Translations under genes and position numbers: made by a program
Origin: an uncultured Verrucomicrobiales bacterium
GTDB lineage: Bacteria > Verrucomicrobiota > Verrucomicrobiia > Verrucomicrobiales > Akkermansiaceae
Direction: 5' to 3'
Length of the DNA stretch: 64,000 bases
Assembly: GCA_937128235.1 (NCBI GenBank)
Contig: CAKZMG010000213.1
Location: forward strand, 13,255-77,254
The notes under the pieces: model-generated
Seen by the model: only the letters and a program-made list of their open reading frames with translations
What the model was told of the DNA's origin: nothing
Databases searched by the model: none
In this document: positions 28,829-38,489 of the stretch, piece by piece
How the letters are laid out: each line of letters begins with the position of its first letter
How positions within the stretch are numbered: position 1 is the stretch's first letter

Positions 28829-30184
28829 TTATGAATCAGTATTATAAGCCTCTTCACCGTGTTCTGAGAGATTCAGCCCAGTGTGCTCCATATCTTCCGA
28901 CACTCTTAATCCTCCACAGATAGCTTTTGCTATATATATTGCTGCCACTGAAACAGCACCTGACCATAGGATCGTCACTATCACACTTTTAGCTTGTATC
29001 CAAAACTGTAAGAATCCCGGATCTCCAGCACCTTCACGGATGAATATTCCTGAGAGTAACGCACCAACGATTCCTCCAATACCATGCACTCCGAAAACAT
29101 CGAGGCTGTCGTCGTAGTTAAATTTATGTTTCAACTTAGTCGCTCCCAAAAAGCAGACCACACCTGAGATACCACCTATCGCTAACGCTCCCATGACATC
29201 TGTAGTACCTGCTGCGGGGGTGATGGCAACTAGTCCTGCCACAGCTCCAGTGGCGAGCCCCACTGCGGTAACTTTCTTCACTACCATGTATTCTGCTATA
29301 GCCCATGTAATGATGCCAGCTGCGGCTGCGATCTGAGTGACAAGCATCGCCATGCCAGCGGTGCTATCAGCTACTCCAGCACTCCCAGCATTGAATCCGA
29401 ACCAACCAACCCAGAGCAATGCTGCTCCTATGGCTACGAATGGCACGTTGTGCGGAACGAGGCTTGGTCCAGGGAAGCCTTGTCGCTTGCCTATCATTAT
29501 ACATGCTACGAGACCTGCTATACCCGCATTGATGTGAACCACGTTTCCACCTGCGAAATCAATTGCTCCCCAGTGGTGAAATAGTCCTCCACCCCAAGCC
29601 ATATGCCACATTGGGAGATAAGAAAAGATAGTCCAGATGGTGGTAAAAATAATCACTGCTTTGAATTTCATCCGCTCAGCGAAGGCTCCCACCACAATCG
29701 CTGGCGCGATGATAATAAAGGTCATCTGAAACATTACGAAGACACTTTCTGGAATTGATCCACTGAGCAGAGCTATACCTGTTGTACCTGTTTCATGATT
29801 AAATAAATGATTAAGAAAAAGCTTATCAGAACTCCATCCGATTATTCCTCGTAGGCTTTCACCATTTGCCACAGCATAGCCGAACACCATCCAGATAATG
29901 CTCATAAGTCCAGCCATCGCGAAACATTGAACAAACAAACTCAACACATTCTTGCCTCGCACTAAGCCTCCATAAAACAGTGCTAAGCCAGGCAAACACA
30001 TCATTAGCACCAGTATTGATGAGGTTAGCATCCAGGCTGTATCACCAGAGTCTGCTACAGCCTCCTCTCTCACTGCGTCTTGCGCATAAGCACTCATCGT
30101 TCCTAAAAAGAGAATTCCTATCACTATTGCCATTTTATTAATTGATCGCTCCATAACAATGATGTCTAGCAATAAACGTACCAA
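28829..30184 (-). CDS. amtB: Ammonium transporter
   Basis: DTAWML, PGLALFYGG, AERMKF, DFAGGNVVH, WFGFNAGS, DDSLDVFGVHG. Confidence 0.96.
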   Translation of the reverse strand: MVRLLLDIIVMERSINKMAIVIGILFLGTMSAYAQDAVREEAVADSGDTAWMLTSSILVLMMCLPGLALFYGGLVRGKNVLSLFVQCFAMAGLMSIIWMVFGYAVANGESLRGIIGWSSDKLFLNHLFNHETGTTGIALLSGSIPESVFVMFQMTFIIIAPAIVVGAFAERMKFKAVIIFTTIWTIFSYLPMWHMAWGGGLFHHWGAIDFAGGNVVHINAGIAGLVACIMIGKRQGFPGPSLVPHNVPFVAIGAALLWVGWFGFNAGSAGVADSTAGMAMLVTQIAAAAGIITWAIAEYMVVKKVTAVGLATGAVAGLVAITPAAGTTDVMGALAIGGISGVVCFLGATKLKHKFNYDDSLDVFGVHGIGGIVGALLSGIFIREGAGDPGFLQFWIQAKSVIVTILWSGAVSVAAIYIAKAICGGLRVSEDMEHTGLNLSEHGEEAYNTDS

Positions 30185-30196
30185 CCTGTGATCGTT

Positions 30197-31336
30197 TTAA
30201 AAGAGCCTGTTAAAGAACCACACTACTCCAAAGCTAGCAATGACCAAAGCAGTCGTGATTCTAACATAGTTAAACTCTTTTTCTGACCTCGCTTGCCTCA
30301 AGTAGAGCAATAAACTAAAACAACCAATCACAAGTAGTGCTTGGGCTATTTCTATACCAACATTTGCTAGCACCAATGGAATAAGCCAATGATCTGCGCT
30401 GAGAAATTGCAATGTGCTCCCTAGGCTTCCTGCAAAACCGAGACCATGTACAAATCCAAACAGAGCTATCAGCAGACACCGCCATCTCAAATCGGTTTTC
30501 ATAAACAAACTCTCAACAGCAATGAAAGTTATACTAATAGCAATAATAGCTTCGATATAACCAGAGACAGAGTAAGAGTAGACAGGAAATATCTGTGACA
30601 CTACCAAACCCATGCTGAGAGTGTGTGACAAAGTAAAAACTAAGGACTGCCAGAGGAGTTGCTTCACAGTGCTAGCCATCAGACACATGCCTATGATGAA
30701 TAGCACATGATCAAGCCCATCTGGTATCACATGACGGAAACCTAGCACCAATAATTGCCATGTTGATAAACTTACCTCTACGTTTGCTTGCCCTCTACTC
30801 TCAATAGGTGCGATCTCTAACTCTAACATTTCAGATGGCTCTAATGATTGAAATCGAAGTTCTTCCATAACTTTATGCGCGATAACGAGCTTAGGAAACT
30901 CACCTTCTTTCACACGTATTCTTAATGATCCAACCTTTGAAAAAGGAATCAACTCCACATTATAATAGGCTCCACCGTTAAGCAGTTTGGGAAACTCATA
31001 TGGACTAGCCGCGAAGTCAGGAAATTTTATCGCGAAGTCTATCACTTCTCCATCTGACTCAAATTGGATATATTCTCTAAGATAAATATCCGCCTCTTTT
31101 CTCAGAATTGCGTGCCTCTCATCGCTCTGTGCTACTAACCACTCTCTTGATGGCTGGGGAGCGAATTCCAAATCTCTCACTTCTGGCATGGCATAAGCCA
31201 CATCAAAATTCACAATAATAACTCCCCTATCTAGATCATGTTCAGCATAAAATTGTTCAACAACGTGCGCACTTAGCACCGCTACTGAAGCCAAGCTGAA
31301 CAAGAATGGTAAAACAATGGATTTAAACCAAGTCAT
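30197..31336 (-). CDS. HupE/UreJ-family membrane protein with N-terminal periplasmic domain
   Basis: GFRHVIPDGLDHVLF, FTLSHTLS, FGFVHGLGFA. Confidence 0.85.
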   Translation of the reverse strand: MTWFKSIVLPFLFSLASVAVLSAHVVEQFYAEHDLDRGVIIVNFDVAYAMPEVRDLEFAPQPSREWLVAQSDERHAILRKEADIYLREYIQFESDGEVIDFAIKFPDFAASPYEFPKLLNGGAYYNVELIPFSKVGSLRIRVKEGEFPKLVIAHKVMEELRFQSLEPSEMLELEIAPIESRGQANVEVSLSTWQLLVLGFRHVIPDGLDHVLFIIGMCLMASTVKQLLWQSLVFTLSHTLSMGLVVSQIFPVYSYSVSGYIEAIIAISITFIAVESLFMKTDLRWRCLLIALFGFVHGLGFAGSLGSTLQFLSADHWLIPLVLANVGIEIAQALLVIGCFSLLLYLRQARSEKEFNYVRITTALVIASFGVVWFFNRLF

Positions 31337-31357
31337 AGATTAGACTGCTTAGCTATC

Positions 31358-32953
31358 TTATCTAAACTTTATTTTGACGCTACGAGATCTCCACGCTTTT
31401 GATATATCTTCTTCAAGCTGATTATAGGATCTTCCAGCAAGCAGAACTTTTAGAGCATCCTCCCCACGTTTACCGTTATTTAAGGCATCAAGAAAGGCAT
31501 TGATATTCTTCCGATCACCATCATTTTCCATGTGTAGAAAATAATAGGTGATTAGTGCTCCTAGTCCGTAGTTGAAATTTCCGTTGGCTGTAAACTGACC
31601 ATAGCTCATCAACATATATTGCTTAATGTCGGGTGCTGATATTTCCTTCCCAAGGTAACGTCCCCTGCCATCTTTTCTAGACCCCTCAGTCACATAACTT
31701 CTGATATCGTTTAGGTTTCCATTCACCATAAATTTACCACCTCTGTATGAGGTAGCTGCCACATACTCGGCAAGACCTTCAGAGAACCAACCTCGCGCGC
31801 CGGGATTGAAATACTCAATGTTCGTGAGTTGATGTGTGATCTCATGAGGGAGGGTTTTATTGCTGACCTTGTAGTCAAACATATAGCTACTGCCTACCTT
31901 TTTCACCCCTAGCCCAGACAATGGAACCATGATCACACCCGAACCCGGCATGTAAACTCCGGCAGAACCAGGAGGTCCTCCGTTTCGGAAATAGGATGCC
32001 TTTGTTCCGAAAAGTAGAATCTTGTATTTCACCGTATTTTCTGGCATGTGAGCGCGCACCATTGAGATGGGCATTTGTTGACAATAGAGGCGTGTGGACT
32101 CAAATAAAGTAGAGAAGTTCTTGATGATTGTTTTTGAAATTTTCACATCACTAATGAATTCATAGTTAGGACTATGATAAATAAATTTCTTTTCCTCTTC
32201 ACTTTCTTTGACGATGATTATCTCTGGCGAGTCTGTCTTCACCAGCTTCGGCCAACCCGCATCAAAATTCTCTTCTATTTTGTATTTTTTCTGGAGATTT
32301 CGTGTGCTTGCTAGACTTGTTTTGCGTCCACTTAGCTCTGTCGGGCTGTCATCCACTTCTACCTCTTCTTGCGCGATTTCCAGCTTTCCTTCCAGTAATA
32401 ATCTGCTTATTCCATACTCGCGTTCATAACAAATTAGCTCAACCCACTTTTCTTTTTTGTCAGAAATTACCGCTAGAACAATCGTAGAATGATTACCATT
32501 CCACGCGATCCGAGAATAGTTATTTGCTCCTATTTCGAGACTCGGCATCTCTTTACTTTTTTTGTCTAATCTATCGCTTATAATTTTGCGCCAGTTATTC
32601 ACTGCATTACGGAAATCAGCATCAGACAACTTTGCCGATTGCTCTTTATTTATTACTTCAAGAAACAATGCCTGAACCAATTGATTCTCAGCATTGACCT
32701 CTAACTTCAATCCACTCAATGGTTGCCCCCAGAAATTCATTCCATTTTTTGAATAGCGATACACATTCTTCTTATTGGTGTTTTTCCAATAAATATCAGG
32801 AAACCTTTCCTCTAGCTCATCTAAATTAGATATCCACAGATCCGCATTAGCAGTCAGAGGCTCAATGTTTTTGATCTCAGCGACAGCACTTTGAAAAACG
32901 ATCAAAGAAATGATGAATAAATACGGAGTGCGAAAAAGGGCAAAAATTGACAT
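31358..32953 (-). CDS. Secreted protein with C-terminal zincin-like (HEXXH) domain
   Basis: Signal peptide; LPHEITHQL...WFSEGLAEY. Confidence 0.7.
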   Translation of the reverse strand: MSIFALFRTPYLFIISLIVFQSAVAEIKNIEPLTANADLWISNLDELEERFPDIYWKNTNKKNVYRYSKNGMNFWGQPLSGLKLEVNAENQLVQALFLEVINKEQSAKLSDADFRNAVNNWRKIISDRLDKKSKEMPSLEIGANNYSRIAWNGNHSTIVLAVISDKKEKWVELICYEREYGISRLLLEGKLEIAQEEVEVDDSPTELSGRKTSLASTRNLQKKYKIEENFDAGWPKLVKTDSPEIIIVKESEEEKKFIYHSPNYEFISDVKISKTIIKNFSTLFESTRLYCQQMPISMVRAHMPENTVKYKILLFGTKASYFRNGGPPGSAGVYMPGSGVIMVPLSGLGVKKVGSSYMFDYKVSNKTLPHEITHQLTNIEYFNPGARGWFSEGLAEYVAATSYRGGKFMVNGNLNDIRSYVTEGSRKDGRGRYLGKEISAPDIKQYMLMSYGQFTANGNFNYGLGALITYYFLHMENDGDRKNINAFLDALNNGKRGEDALKVLLAGRSYNQLEEDISKAWRSRSVKIKFR

Positions 32954-33001
32954 GACTTATGATGGCAAATTATCAGAAATAGAACAGCCAAAAAAAGAAA
33001 T

Positions 33002-35851
33002 TTACTCCATCGCTCGGAGATGAGATTTCACACACGTAGCTAGACTCTGAACATCATATCCACCCTCTAATAGTGATAGAATTTTACCGTCACAGAACTC
33101 ATCCGCATATTCTCTGACCAGTTTGGTGAGTTTTGAAAAGCCATCTGGAGTGACCTTCAGATCAGCAAGTGGGTCCGCAGCAGCAGCATCGAATCCAGCC
33201 GAGATGATAATCAGATCTGGTTTAAATTTCTTCAGTTGATCATGCAGGGGCTTCCCCCATGCAGCTAAAATTTCATCATCACCAGCACCCGCTTTTAAAG
33301 GAATGTTTAGCGTGGTTCCCCTGCCCTTGCCTTTTCCTTTCTCACTCGCCATACCACTATGGGGAAAGATTCCTTCTTGATGAGTCGAAAAATAAAATAC
33401 AGATCCATCCTCATAGAAAATATCCTGAGTTCCGTTTCCATGATGCACATCCCAGTCTAGGATTGCCACACGTTTGTAGAGGTAAGTTTTTTGCACGTAG
33501 CGAGCCGCGATGGCTGCGTGATTGAAGATACAGAAACCCATACCCTGAGTTGCTGTGGCATGATGTCCAGGTGGGCGAATGGCACAGAATGCTCTACTCC
33601 TTTTTCCTCTCGCACCTGTATCCGTGCCTGCTATTTGATCCACCGCATTCAGAACCGCACCAGTGGCTGCCTGCACTACCTCATAAGAAGCATCACACAC
33701 CGCAGTATCACCTGTCCGAAGTGTCTCAGCGAAGTTTTCAATATCATACTTTGCCAGATCATGATACTCGGGACTATGAGCGAGCAGAAATTCACTCACA
33801 GTCGCGTTCCTTCCTTTCAGTTTATCATGCCTAAATCGTGAGGACTTCAGCATATCCAGAACAGATTGATATCTCTCTATGGATTCCGGATGCATGCTGC
33901 CCGTGTCATGCTCCAGCATTTTTTCAGATTTATAGATCCCTAGTTTATCTAGTTTTTTCTTACGCTTAGTATCATCGCTCTCAGTGCCTCTGTGGCTTTT
34001 TCTACTCGATGCTATCTGCTTGGATTTCTTAATCACGCTCTTAGTATTCATCCAATACTCATCACTATCATCCCCAAAATGAGATTGCTTTTCTGCTCCC
34101 ATTTTAAGGAATAAGGTAGCCATTGATCTATTCTCTTTTAGGACGCTCGCCCAGAATTTCTTAATTCCTCTATCCGTCGCTATCTTAGCCATTTCCCCGA
34201 GTAAATAATTACCCATCCCCCACCTCCGAGTTTTCTCATGAACCAAGAATGACACCTCAGCACTCTCACCATTTTGATCTTGATAAAATCTTCCGGTAGC
34301 ACGCAGAACCTCACGGTATTGACTACGATAAAAGATACCTAATGCAAGATCTTTGTCTTGGGATATACTGGATAAATTATAAGCAGACATTTCATCTAGA
34401 TCTGGCTTAGCGTGCCCGTATCGCAGGCGAATAGTCTCCTGATCTTGAGCATAGAAGAACTCTTGTAGTGACCTAAGATCACTCGGCTGGATAGGTCTCA
34501 CAATATAGTTCACTCCCCCAAATTCCACTTTCTTGTTATCGATCTCCTCTTTCTCTGAATGGACATTTGTAGGCATAAATCCAAACGTCTTAGGAATCCA
34601 CCCTTGCCCACGTGCTCCCTCTAACAATTTTTCTCTGAACTTAGGATGCGCTATTTCTACTAACCTGAGTGCCCTCTGCCGGATCGACTGCCCCACGAGG
34701 TTTGCGACTCCGTATTCGGTCACTACGTAGTGCACATCACCTCGGGATGTGCAGACACCACTACCCGCTGTCAGCCCTGTTACAATACGAGATTGGTCCT
34801 CAGCATCATTGGTAGATGTGAGCACGATGATAGGAAGTCCACCTTTGCTCACTGATGCTCCGCGGATAAAGTCCTGTGTGGCACCTATTCCCCCATAGAA
34901 ATGATGCCCTCGGGAATCTCTAACAACTTGTCCTGTTAGATCAATCTCACGCGCTCCATTGATAGCTACCATTTTCTTTAGTCTGCCAATTCTGTTAGGA
35001 TCATTCGTCCACTCACTCCCATGAAGTTCTATATCAAGATTCTCATTAACGAATTTATATAGCTCCCTTGAGCCGAGGCAATGTGATGCGACAGCCACTC
35101 CTTGCTGATAACTTTTCAGAGAATTATCCACCGCTCCTTTTTTCATCAGACGCATCATCGCATTGGTGAAACAACCTGTATGAATACCTAAATGCTTGTG
35201 TTTATGCAGCATATTGAGAACTGCTTGCGGGCTATTCCCCATGCTTGCCTGAATGGTAGATCCATCCTCGATCAACTGCGCTGCGTACTCTGCCGCTTTT
35301 TTATGCTTATCTTCATAAATCCATTTATCCTGGACTGCTGGTGCGGCTGATTTCTCAATACTGTAATGAATTTTCTTCAGCGAAATGACAGTGTCTCCAC
35401 TAGTTCTAGGGAGCTTCTTGTTAATCTGAGCCACCACGTATTTCGCACACTTCACTGCTGTGCAAATAACATCTGCACTGAGCCCCAAGGAAACCATCCC
35501 ATCTTTATCAGGCTCACTGACTTGAATAATAGCTACATCTAGCGGCAATACTCCACGTGTGAATAATCTTGGTATATCAGAGCTCGGCGATGGCGTGTAG
35601 TCTGCCTGTCCAGTCTCTACAGCTTCACGAATAGAGCGTGACATGAAAAATGAATTCGTCCGGAATGAACCCTTGTATTTAGGATCAATCCAAGGCGTTT
35701 CACCGATCGTATGCACATGGCACAGCTCTACATCCTTAAAATCATCTGCATGGCTTAGCAAATCATTGATAAGCGCGAAAGGAACACAAGCTCCCCCACC
35801 GATAAATGCTCGCCCACCATGCGGTAAAATTTTCTGCCAAGGAATCTCCAT
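33002..35851 (-). CDS. Triple fusion: acetyl-CoA hydrolase/transferase-like + GNAT acetyltransferase + Zn-dependent deacetylase (HDAC/AcuC family)
   Basis: N-term AINGAREIDLTGQV and VHYVVTEYGVA; middle VRPIQPSD...AEVSFLVHEKTRRWGMG; C-term RPPGHHA, GFCIFN, DWDVHHGNGTQ, SAGFDA, LEGGY. Confidence 0.93.
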   Translation of the reverse strand: MEIPWQKILPHGGRAFIGGGACVPFALINDLLSHADDFKDVELCHVHTIGETPWIDPKYKGSFRTNSFFMSRSIREAVETGQADYTPSPSSDIPRLFTRGVLPLDVAIIQVSEPDKDGMVSLGLSADVICTAVKCAKYVVAQINKKLPRTSGDTVISLKKIHYSIEKSAAPAVQDKWIYEDKHKKAAEYAAQLIEDGSTIQASMGNSPQAVLNMLHKHKHLGIHTGCFTNAMMRLMKKGAVDNSLKSYQQGVAVASHCLGSRELYKFVNENLDIELHGSEWTNDPNRIGRLKKMVAINGAREIDLTGQVVRDSRGHHFYGGIGATQDFIRGASVSKGGLPIIVLTSTNDAEDQSRIVTGLTAGSGVCTSRGDVHYVVTEYGVANLVGQSIRQRALRLVEIAHPKFREKLLEGARGQGWIPKTFGFMPTNVHSEKEEIDNKKVEFGGVNYIVRPIQPSDLRSLQEFFYAQDQETIRLRYGHAKPDLDEMSAYNLSSISQDKDLALGIFYRSQYREVLRATGRFYQDQNGESAEVSFLVHEKTRRWGMGNYLLGEMAKIATDRGIKKFWASVLKENRSMATLFLKMGAEKQSHFGDDSDEYWMNTKSVIKKSKQIASSRKSHRGTESDDTKRKKKLDKLGIYKSEKMLEHDTGSMHPESIERYQSVLDMLKSSRFRHDKLKGRNATVSEFLLAHSPEYHDLAKYDIENFAETLRTGDTAVCDASYEVVQAATGAVLNAVDQIAGTDTGARGKRSRAFCAIRPPGHHATATQGMGFCIFNHAAIAARYVQKTYLYKRVAILDWDVHHGNGTQDIFYEDGSVFYFSTHQEGIFPHSGMASEKGKGKGRGTTLNIPLKAGAGDDEILAAWGKPLHDQLKKFKPDLIIISAGFDAAAADPLADLKVTPDGFSKLTKLVREYADEFCDGKILSLLEGGYDVQSLATCVKSHLRAME

Positions 35852-35894
35852 GCTGTTAGACTAAACTAAACAGCACAACAGACTCAAGCATTCA

Positions 35895-36299
35895 TTAATG
35901 TAACCAGTTAACACCTCTCACCATGAATGAACAACCTACAAATCCTAATCCCAACAATGCTGCATGTACAATAACCCACATCAGTAAATACAACAAAAAA
36001 GACCCTCCTGTTGATCTGTGGGAATTAACTGCCGTTAAGACAGCTACAATGAGTGCCAGCAAGGGAACTAAAAGTGCTAGCAGAAAGAAAGCATTCACGC
36101 TCAAAAACATCACCATCCCACAGAATAAACATGCCATCATTGGAGTAAGCGTAACAATACACAATTTTCTGCTCGTCCATCCCTCAGCACTTCGCAGCTT
36201 CTCCCTCTGACCATTCGATGGATTAGTCTTAGGTGACTGATACGGTGACTGCCTTCGCTCCTGCTCTCTATCTCGCTCTTGATTTTGTCCAGACTCCAT
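35895..36299 (-). CDS. Membrane hypothetical protein
   Basis: Polar N-terminus with SPYQSP, then three TM helices. Confidence 0.65.
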   Translation of the reverse strand: MESGQNQERDREQERRQSPYQSPKTNPSNGQREKLRSAEGWTSRKLCIVTLTPMMACLFCGMVMFLSVNAFFLLALLVPLLALIVAVLTAVNSHRSTGGSFLLYLLMWVIVHAALLGLGFVGCSFMVRGVNWLH

Positions 36300-36318
36300 A
36301 GTGTTTAGCTTCTAAAGA

Positions 36319-37026
36319 TTAAAAAGAAGATGCATTACTCTGCCGCATTCTTTTCGAAAACGCAACAATTCCCACCACTATCATGCAAACCGAAATCCAT
36401 TGATAACCAGACAAACCTAACAGAATCCTCGGATTCAAGCGCATAAATTCATGCACAAACCGAAATCCTCCATAAGAAATCAAATACACATGAAATAACT
36501 GGTTTAACAGAATCCCCCGACGATACAAACTGTAACAAACTCCCCAAATCACAACATTAAATGCTATCTCAACAGACACAGCTGGCCAGCTAACACCAGA
36601 CTCTAACAGAACTCCACCACAGCAACCATGAGACATGCACCCCAACCTCCCTACAATCACTCCTACAGGAATAATCAGCGCAAATCGATCACCAGTAGGC
36701 TTACTATAACGAACAAGCTTTTTTACCAACTCCACCATTACAAAACCACCTAGCAAAGCTCCAGTGATAGATTTCCCCACCACCCAGTGTCTCCACGCTC
36801 CCTCTCCTGTATGTAGCCAGCCCTCCGCTATCATGTATGCAAGCTTAGCCCCCACAAATGCCCCCGCCAGCGCACCAAAATAAATCACCACCAAACGCTC
36901 ATCTCCCTTAGACGACCTAAGCCAATACCGAAGACTAACTAGAATGCTTACCACCACAAAAACTGCATACAAAGCATTCCCGTAGCCAGAATCACCACCT
37001 GGGAATAACTGAAAATGATCCTTCAT
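36319..37026 (-). CDS. Prolipoprotein diacylglyceryl transferase-like (divergent Lgt family) protein
   Basis: GKSITGALLGG, GRLGC...GCCGG, YGGFRFVHEFMR; multi-TM. Confidence 0.75.
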   Translation of the reverse strand: MKDHFQLFPGGDSGYGNALYAVFVVVSILVSLRYWLRSSKGDERLVVIYFGALAGAFVGAKLAYMIAEGWLHTGEGAWRHWVVGKSITGALLGGFVMVELVKKLVRYSKPTGDRFALIIPVGVIVGRLGCMSHGCCGGVLLESGVSWPAVSVEIAFNVVIWGVCYSLYRRGILLNQLFHVYLISYGGFRFVHEFMRLNPRILLGLSGYQWISVCMIVVGIVAFSKRMRQSNASSF

Positions 37027-37029
37027 TAG

Positions 37030-38445
37030 CTAGCTCTTAAGATTTGAAAAAGTATCTGGGAAACCAGAATAATATCGACAAAAAGAATCAAGCTTTCCAT
37101 CGGGACGGATCACATGTGTGCAGCAGCGGTCTATCCTGTCCTGATCCCATGTCCAAGCATCCATAAATGGCTTAATGAACAACCGAAACGCATGCTCTTC
37201 CTTCATCTCAAATTGATGCAGTAACTCGCCCAGCTCAGTGTTCTCGCAGCCACAGCTCTGCAAATCAGACAACTCATAACGCACCTTATCCCTCAAAAAA
37301 CCTTGCAACTGGCTAAAGTCAATAAACTCAGAAATACTCTTCACCCCTAATGGCGTTCTCAGCAGATAGCCAATCGTTGCACAGTTCGGGTCTCCGCATG
37401 GCAATGGTGTGAAGTCCTCATACCTGAGCATCTTATCACTCTGCTCTACACAACCAATAATAATATCAGCCGTATTCAGACGCCTCACTGGAGTTCTTGT
37501 ATCATCATTTTCAGGATTCCTCCCACTCAGAAACATTGGTTGCATCGCTACTCCACGGCACACTGCATACTCCAGCCCAAACTCAACAATTTCCCACAAA
37601 TGACTTAAATTATCCTCATTCACCGTAGTTGCCAGAGTCACAGGTATCTGCTCCCTCTCACACCTATTCATCACCTCTTTCTTCAGCTTACGTAGATCCG
37701 CGCCTCGCAGTTCCTTCTGTCCCGCATCCTGAAGGCCGTCAAACTGCAAATAGAGCTGGAAATTTCCCCTCCTCGCTCGTTTCCCTATTTCTGTTAGAAA
37801 ATTATCGTCCTTTGCCAGCATTACCCCATTCGTATTAAGTAAACAATAATCAATCCGCGGCTCTCCATCGATCCAATCTAACAACTCTAATAAATCTGGA
37901 TGCAAGCTAGGTTCACCACCAGACAACTGTAATATCTCAATATTTCCTTTCCTCTTCAATACCCCTTTCACCCGCATAATAATGTCCTCCAGTGGCTTCG
38001 CATCCAGCTTAGCTCCCACTCCCACAGGAGATGCAGCAAAGCACGTGGGGCATGATAAATTACAAGAATCCACTATCTCTATCAACGCCAAGCAAGTGGA
38101 CAAAACCTCCATCACCTCCTCAGGCTGTTTTCCTGCATCTTCACCTACCGCAGCTAGAGCATTTTTACCCAATGTCCCATCCATTCCCAGCGGATCGGCT
38201 GAGCAGGCACACCCCACTCCACAGCCACCATCATCACTCCCCTTAGATAGCCAGTAAAACCTAGCGTCAGAAGCAATGCACACCGTAGTATCCCCATGCT
38301 CAGGACACGATCTACTCAGATATACCTTACTCTTCTCACCCTCACTCTTCCACACCCGCCCCTCGCACTCCTTCAGGCATTCAGGGCAGCGAGATCTAGT
38401 CTCCTTCAGAGTCTCACCAAGCTGTGGGATTTCTAACATAAACAC
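37030..38445 (-). CDS. Radical SAM protein (MJ0619-like, tetraether/pterin-methylase-related family)
   Basis: N-terminal CPEC...CPEH, CNLSCPTC CX3CX2C motif, SGGEPSLHP, YLQFDG, C-terminal RCC. Confidence 0.88.
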   Translation of the reverse strand: MFMLEIPQLGETLKETRSRCPECLKECEGRVWKSEGEKSKVYLSRSCPEHGDTTVCIASDARFYWLSKGSDDGGCGVGCACSADPLGMDGTLGKNALAAVGEDAGKQPEEVMEVLSTCLALIEIVDSCNLSCPTCFAASPVGVGAKLDAKPLEDIIMRVKGVLKRKGNIEILQLSGGEPSLHPDLLELLDWIDGEPRIDYCLLNTNGVMLAKDDNFLTEIGKRARRGNFQLYLQFDGLQDAGQKELRGADLRKLKKEVMNRCEREQIPVTLATTVNEDNLSHLWEIVEFGLEYAVCRGVAMQPMFLSGRNPENDDTRTPVRRLNTADIIIGCVEQSDKMLRYEDFTPLPCGDPNCATIGYLLRTPLGVKSISEFIDFSQLQGFLRDKVRYELSDLQSCGCENTELGELLHQFEMKEEHAFRLFIKPFMDAWTWDQDRIDRCCTHVIRPDGKLDSFCRYYSGFPDTFSNLKS

Positions 38446-38489
38446 ATACTAGCCTAAAAAACCTCCATCTTACAACCACAAGTTTCAAC

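Noticed and set aside
28829-30184. amt without an adjacent glnK
   Set aside because: Unlinked amt copies are common; not informative
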